Translations under genes and position numbers: made by a program
The notes under the pieces: model-generated
Told to the model about the DNA's origin: nothing
The model's database searches: none
The model's input: the letters and a program-made list of their open reading frames with translations, nothing else
Assembly: GCA_964649615.1 (NCBI GenBank)
Contig: CAZYPW010000002.1
Span: 2,969 to 66,968, forward strand
Length of the DNA: 64,000 nt
Direction: 5' to 3'
Origin: an uncultured Gammaproteobacteria bacterium
GTDB taxonomy: Bacteria > Patescibacteriota > Microgenomatia > Daviesbacterales > UBA10151
Shown here: piece by piece, positions 60,127 to 64,000 of the stretch
How positions within the stretch are numbered: position 1 is the first letter of the stretch
Layout: the number at the start of each line of letters is the position of its first letter

Positions 60127-60402
60127 TAATTTTAGTATTTCTTGCTCTGCATCTTCAGAATTATAAAATGTTTTATAGCCATATTTTTCTGCTTCACTTT
60201 TATACATCTTCCCTTCACAAAAATAGAAATTCTCTGCCTCTATTTTTTGCAGCTTTTCAGTTTTACCCCATCTGGGATTTTTCTTATTCCTTTCTTAAAG
60301 TATCTAAATCTAAATGAAAGGCTCCGGTTTTTTCAGCAACTTTCCTTGCCAGATAACTTTTACCAGAAGCCGGAATTCCTCCTATAAAGACATAGCTCAT
60401 GG
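60127..60402 (-). pseudogene. Frameshifted P-loop kinase/AAA-like gene
   Basis: Minus strand from 60402 translates to MSYVFIGGIPASGKSYLARKVAEKTGAFHLDLDT, hits a stop, then continues in another frame (…NPRWGKTEKLQKIEAENFYFCEGKMYKSEAEKYGYK…). Neither piece passes the ORF cutoff. Confidence 0.45.
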
Positions 60403-60503
60403 GTTAAGTATAGGTGTTTGCAGTCTATAATCCAAGGGATTACAGGAAGCGTAAGCGACTATCTTACAATCTAACTTTTTGCTAGAATTAGTATAATAAA
60501 ATT

Positions 60504-60689
60504 ATGACTAAGACACGTTTTCGTACAAACCAAGGAACCTTCCGATCAGTCAGACAAGACACTAAAGTTGGAACTATAGAAAAAAAATATAATGTCAATC
60601 TAGGTGTTCGTTCTGATATGAAATTAGGCAAGTATCTAACTAAGAAAGGCTATCCTTCCCTTTCCAGTATTTTAAAAGACTCTAAATGA
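60504..60689 (+). CDS. Small hypothetical protein (possible partner of the downstream HEPN-like gene)
   Basis: 61-aa ORF with a 4-nt overlap to the next gene. Confidence 0.25.
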   Translation: MTKTRFRTNQGTFRSVRQDTKVGTIEKKYNVNLGVRSDMKLGKYLTKKGYPSLSSILKDSK

Positions 60690-61225
60690 GTAGTTTCTCT
60701 TTTGTATCTGACAAAATTCTCCAATCGAATTTGGATATGTCATTTGCCCATATTGTAGATTTGCTTGCCCTTTCAGAATCTGATCAATATAAAGGCAAAA
60801 ATCTTCTTGTCAGTAGCTTAAGAAAGACAATAATTATTCATACGGCTTCAATTATTGAGGCCCTTTTATTATGGAAATTTAAACAAGTTTGCAAAACAGA
60901 CAAAGTTGAATTGGATAACGAATGGCGATATTTTAATATAAAAATAATTTATCCAATAAACAATTCAGAAGAAGTTATTGCAGGACTTCGTAAAAAGGAA
61001 CAAAAAGATCTGGATCGCCTTGATTTTGTACGAATAACAGATTTATGTCAAAAATATAAGATAATCAAGTCAAAAGAATTAAGAGAAGATATAGATAAAG
61101 TAAGAGAGCTTAGAAACAGGATGCATATAGGAGGTTTGTCAGAGTTAGAAAAAGAATACAATAGAAGTGATTTAGAATTTTGTTTTAACGTAGCTAAGAA
61201 AATTAAAAATCTATCCTCAAAATAA
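60686..61225 (+). CDS. Putative HEPN-domain protein
   Basis: C-terminal Rx4-6H-type motif (VRELRNRMHIGG). Confidence 0.3.
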   Translation: MSSFSFVSDKILQSNLDMSFAHIVDLLALSESDQYKGKNLLVSSLRKTIIIHTASIIEALLLWKFKQVCKTDKVELDNEWRYFNIKIIYPINNSEEVIAGLRKKEQKDLDRLDFVRITDLCQKYKIIKSKELREDIDKVRELRNRMHIGGLSELEKEYNRSDLEFCFNVAKKIKNLSSK

Positions 61226-61440
61226 TGAAAACATAAAATTATAAAGACAGCGATTTTTTCCAGAAAGGTTTTGTAGCGAATCCCTTCGACAAGCTCAGGA
61301 CTGAGCGACTGATCGACAACGAATGCGTCAACTTGTTTGTTAGCGGTGGGAGTACAAATTTAGGTGGGGTACGAGATGGAGCTGGGCGCCGACAATATAT
61401 GCGTCTATGAATGCAGCGGTGGCAATTCCTTTTCCCCTTG

Positions 61441-61512
61441 AGCCGGTGGACAGAATCGGACTGTCGGTCCACACTTTACGAAAGTGTTGCTTTACCACTA
61501 AGCTACACCGGC
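61441..61512 (-). tRNA. tRNA-Thr (anticodon CGU)
   Basis: Minus-strand cloverleaf: acceptor GCCGGTG/CACCGGC, anticodon loop TTCGTAA. T-loop reads TCCGATT. Confidence 0.7.
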
Positions 61513-61541
61513 ACTATGTATCTTTATGACCTATAGTTGTG

Positions 61542-61612
61542 AGCGGGATACCAGAATCGGACTGGCTTCTCCACCTTGGGAAGGTGGCATACTACCGGTG
61601 TACTAATCCCGC
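61542..61612 (-). tRNA. tRNA-Gly (anticodon CCC)
   Basis: Acceptor GCGGGAT/ATCCCGC, anticodon loop TTCCCAA, same TCCGATT T-loop. Confidence 0.7.
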
Positions 61613-61643
61613 AAAATTAATTTCTTAAATCCATTTCCACCTT

Positions 61644-61741
61644 TATAAACTTCCGCGATTTGTAAGTCCGCGGTTTTCTTAAAAGTTTACAAGAAACTGC
61701 AGAAAACCTTAACTCAGTATACCACCTATCCCGCGGAAGAC
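61644..61741. repeat. About 98-bp structured intergenic repeat, copy B
   Basis: About 92% identical to 19853-19951, same orientation, adjacent to the tRNA-Gly gene. Confidence 0.7.
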
Positions 61742-61763
61742 TGTAATCACTTTAGCATTCATC

Positions 61764-61795
61764 CCCGTTTTAAGAAAACGGGGTTTTCTGCTAGT
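61764..61795 (+). terminator. Rho-independent terminator-like hairpin
   Basis: ccccgtttt-aag-aaaacgggg followed by ttttct on the plus strand, nested inside a longer inverted repeat (aatcac...gtgatt). Confidence 0.5.
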
Positions 61796-62030
61796 GATTA
61801 TAAGATTTGATTTGTTTTTCTCTCCTAATTACCTCAAGTGATTCCGTATATTCTTCTATATATATTACTTCCCAAATTCCTTTTTGTATTGAAACTGGAC
61901 AGCATTTAAGCTTTAATTCAATATATAACTTAATATACCAATCGTACTGAAAAATGCAAAAGATTAATGTACGATTGGACTGTAACTAACAATAAATTAT
62001 TTGTAAACTAATGTATGTTAGTTATAAATT

Positions 62031-63551
62031 ATGTTAAAGCATCTAAAATTATCTTACTTGCTAATTGTTTTTTTAATTCTCTTAATTTCTTTATTTTTAA
62101 GATTTTATAATCTTCCGCAATCTTTTGTTTTTGCTGGAGATGAAGAATATCAGGCAACTTTGGCCCAAACTATAGTTTCAGATTTTCATATTATCTGGGT
62201 AGGAGTTAATGCAGCCCATCTGGGTTTTTATCTTGGCCCTTATTGGACTTACTTTACTGCCTTTTGGTTGTGGTTATCAAATGGTAATCCGCTTATAACA
62301 GGTTTCATTTCCTCAATTATAGGAGTTTCCACCACTTTACTGATTATTTATACAGGCTCTACTCTTTTTAATCAAAAAATTGGCATTATAGCAGGATTAC
62401 TTTATGCTACTCTCCCTTTAATGATCTATTTTGACCAAAAATATTGGAATCCAACCCTAGTCCCCTTTTTATCTTTACTAGTATTGCTGTCTTTATATAA
62501 ACTTAAACAAAATCCTAATTGGGCAATACTACTTGCTTTAGCAGGTGGTTTAATTTTTCACACTCATTTATCTTTAGTCCCTCTTTTATTTTTAATTCCT
62601 TTTTGGATTAAGTCAAAAAAAATTAAATTGCCTAAAAAAAGTTTTATTCTGTCTTTAATTATCTTTTTAATTATGCTTTTCCCTCTGATTGCTTTTGATT
62701 ACTTTCATAAAGGATCCAATATCACCACACCCTTGAGATTTAATGAAATATCTTCAAATCCTGTTAATAAAGTTAATCCCACTCATCACTTCCAAGCTTT
62801 ATTTCAAAGTATGGGCAGGATTTGGTACCTAAAACCTTTTGGCAATAATTCAGATGAGGTCATAACTTCTTGTACATCTGTCTCCCGTCTTGATGCATTA
62901 AATATAGTTGATAAAATCTCCAAAAGAACCACTCCTCCTTTTCTTTTATCTTTATTTGGAATAGGGATCTTAATTATATTTTTATTTCATAAATTAACCT
63001 GGCACCAGAGCAACACCAGATTACTGGCTTTATTTATACTTTCAATTATTTTTTTCTTTTTACTTTTTCCAGGAGCAGCTTTTGAATATTATCTTTTGGG
63101 AATATTTCCCTTAATTTTATTTTTACCTGGGATACTTATGGAATATTTTAATAAACTCAAGTATCCTTTAATTTTGGCTGTAATAACTGCATCTACCTTG
63201 GGGGTTTTTACAATTCTTACCAATAATCCTGAATTTGGCCTAGAGGTAAAAAAATCCCTAATTCAGAAAACTCTATCTGTCATTGATGATGAAACATTTG
63301 AGCTAAAACAAACTGGCATTTGCCACTTCTATGAGGGTTGGAGGTATTTATTTGTGATAAATGGCAAAATACCCCAAAAAAGTGATAGCGACCTGGGCTT
63401 AGGCTGGTTATATCCAACAGAAGTGAGTACAGAAACTGCTAAATATTCTATTGTTTTATCAGAAGAAAGGGCTCCTCTAAACTTTGATATATCCTTGGCG
63501 ACTATAATTCCTTCAGGGGGCTTTAAGGCATATATTTTTAAAAATCACTGA
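62031..63551 (+). CDS. GT-C fold membrane glycosyltransferase (ArnT/PMT GT39/GT83-like)
   Basis: RFYNLPQSFVFAGDEEYQA loop-1 acidic motif after TM1. About 12 or more TM segments. 506 aa. Confidence 0.55.
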   Translation: MLKHLKLSYLLIVFLILLISLFLRFYNLPQSFVFAGDEEYQATLAQTIVSDFHIIWVGVNAAHLGFYLGPYWTYFTAFWLWLSNGNPLITGFISSIIGVSTTLLIIYTGSTLFNQKIGIIAGLLYATLPLMIYFDQKYWNPTLVPFLSLLVLLSLYKLKQNPNWAILLALAGGLIFHTHLSLVPLLFLIPFWIKSKKIKLPKKSFILSLIIFLIMLFPLIAFDYFHKGSNITTPLRFNEISSNPVNKVNPTHHFQALFQSMGRIWYLKPFGNNSDEVITSCTSVSRLDALNIVDKISKRTTPPFLLSLFGIGILIIFLFHKLTWHQSNTRLLALFILSIIFFFLLFPGAAFEYYLLGIFPLILFLPGILMEYFNKLKYPLILAVITASTLGVFTILTNNPEFGLEVKKSLIQKTLSVIDDETFELKQTGICHFYEGWRYLFVINGKIPQKSDSDLGLGWLYPTEVSTETAKYSIVLSEERAPLNFDISLATIIPSGGFKAYIFKNH

Positions 63552-63573
63552 TCTGGTATGGTAAAATCAAGCT

Positions 63574-64000
63574 ATGGCATATAAGCGGAGAAATGTTAGA
63601 AAAATTGCCTCAAAAAGCAAAAGAAATTTAGTAGTTACCCTAGTCCTTGTTTTAATAATTATTTATGCCACTATATCTTGGATCTTTCCTTGGTTTGTTG
63701 AGGGCATTGGTTCTATCAAAAACTTAATAAATCCCCCAAAAACTATCAGTAATAATATAGAGGATTCATCTTTAGCCCCACCAGTTTTAAATATTCCCTA
63801 TGAATCAACCAATAGTTCAATTATTAATATCTTAGGTTATGCTACTTATGGTACGGCAGTAAAGCTGTATGTGGATGAGCAGTTACAAGACACTGTTGAT
63901 ACTAAAGATGATGGCACATTTATAATAGAAGGGGTGAATTTAGCCATTGGAATAAATAATATTTATGGAAAAACTTCTGACGGAGAAAAGACAAGTTTAC
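63574..64000 (+). CDS. Partial CDS, membrane-anchored protein, continues beyond the window
   Basis: ATG after an intergenic gap, TM helix after MAYKRRNVRK, open to the window end. Confidence 0.35.
   Translation, partial: MAYKRRNVRKIASKSKRNLVVTLVLVLIIIYATISWIFPWFVEGIGSIKNLINPPKTISNNIEDSSLAPPVLNIPYESTNSSIINILGYATYGTAVKLYVDEQLQDTVDTKDDGTFIIEGVNLAIGINNIYGKTSDGEKTSL

Noticed and set aside
60142-60387. 81-aa plus-strand ORF
   Set aside because: The opposite strand carries a recognisable, though frameshifted, P-loop kinase. The plus-strand frame is hydrophobic low-complexity.
61239-61472. 77-aa minus-strand ORF and a possible third tRNA in 61260-61440
   Set aside because: The ORF overlaps tRNA-Thr and is Arg/Cys-rich antisense-type sequence. 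I tried to fold 61260-61440 as a tRNA, type II tRNA, SRP or RNase P RNA and found no consistent acceptor/T-arm, so nothing is called there. It could still hold an unrecognised RNA.
1-64000. CRISPR arrays, cas genes, IS transposases
   Set aside because: No short regularly spaced repeats and no transposase or Cas-like ORFs were found. The only recombinase is the serine integrase at 26868-28589.

Overview
Low-GC, gene-dense bacterial window. Small genes, many GT-C membrane glycosyltransferases and frequent TTG starts give it a CPR/Patescibacteria-like character. The housekeeping core is rplS-dnaE, gatCAB, htpX, lemA, a PolX polymerase, fabD, and tRNA-Glu, tRNA-Asp, tRNA-Thr and tRNA-Gly. Three accessory blocks stand out. 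(1) About 0.04-14.1 kb looks like a biosynthetic or glycan-modification island. It holds a SbnA/SbnB-like pair, an orphan queC, alr, GT2 and GT8 glycosyltransferases, a NodU/CmcH carbamoyltransferase, methyltransferases, an SHMT-family enzyme, a P-loop kinase, an alpha/beta hydrolase, a DUF43 BpsA-like protein and a KsgA/Erm-family rRNA methyltransferase. It ends at a decayed methyltransferase fragment and tRNA-Glu. (2) About 26.8-37.8 kb is an integrated-element-like region. A large serine recombinase reads into the 3' half of tRNA-Asp, followed by XRE and wHTH regulators, a TerS-like protein, an orphan FtsA-like actin ATPase, a secreted SNase with an Excalibur domain, and an Lnu-like nucleotidyltransferase. 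(3) About 42.1-52.6 kb is a copper/thiol-redox island. It carries CsoR with a palindromic operator over its own start codon, CopA, CopZ, cupredoxin-like domains, a CcdA-like protein and a DsbA-like protein. It also has a BlaI/BlaR1-like pair whose TACA/TGTA operator box recurs upstream of the dsbA-like gene. Other points: a roughly 98-bp structured intergenic repeat at 19.85 and 61.64 kb, the second copy followed by an intrinsic terminator; a roughly 69-bp promoter-like direct repeat at 37.84 and 39.61 kb; a duplicated fabD 3' end 1.85 kb upstream of fabD; a BrnT/BrnA pair; a peptide-deformylase homolog with a Gln replacing the first His of HExxH; and a frameshifted P-loop kinase pseudogene. 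No CRISPR array or transposase was seen. Coordinates may be off by 1-2 nt.
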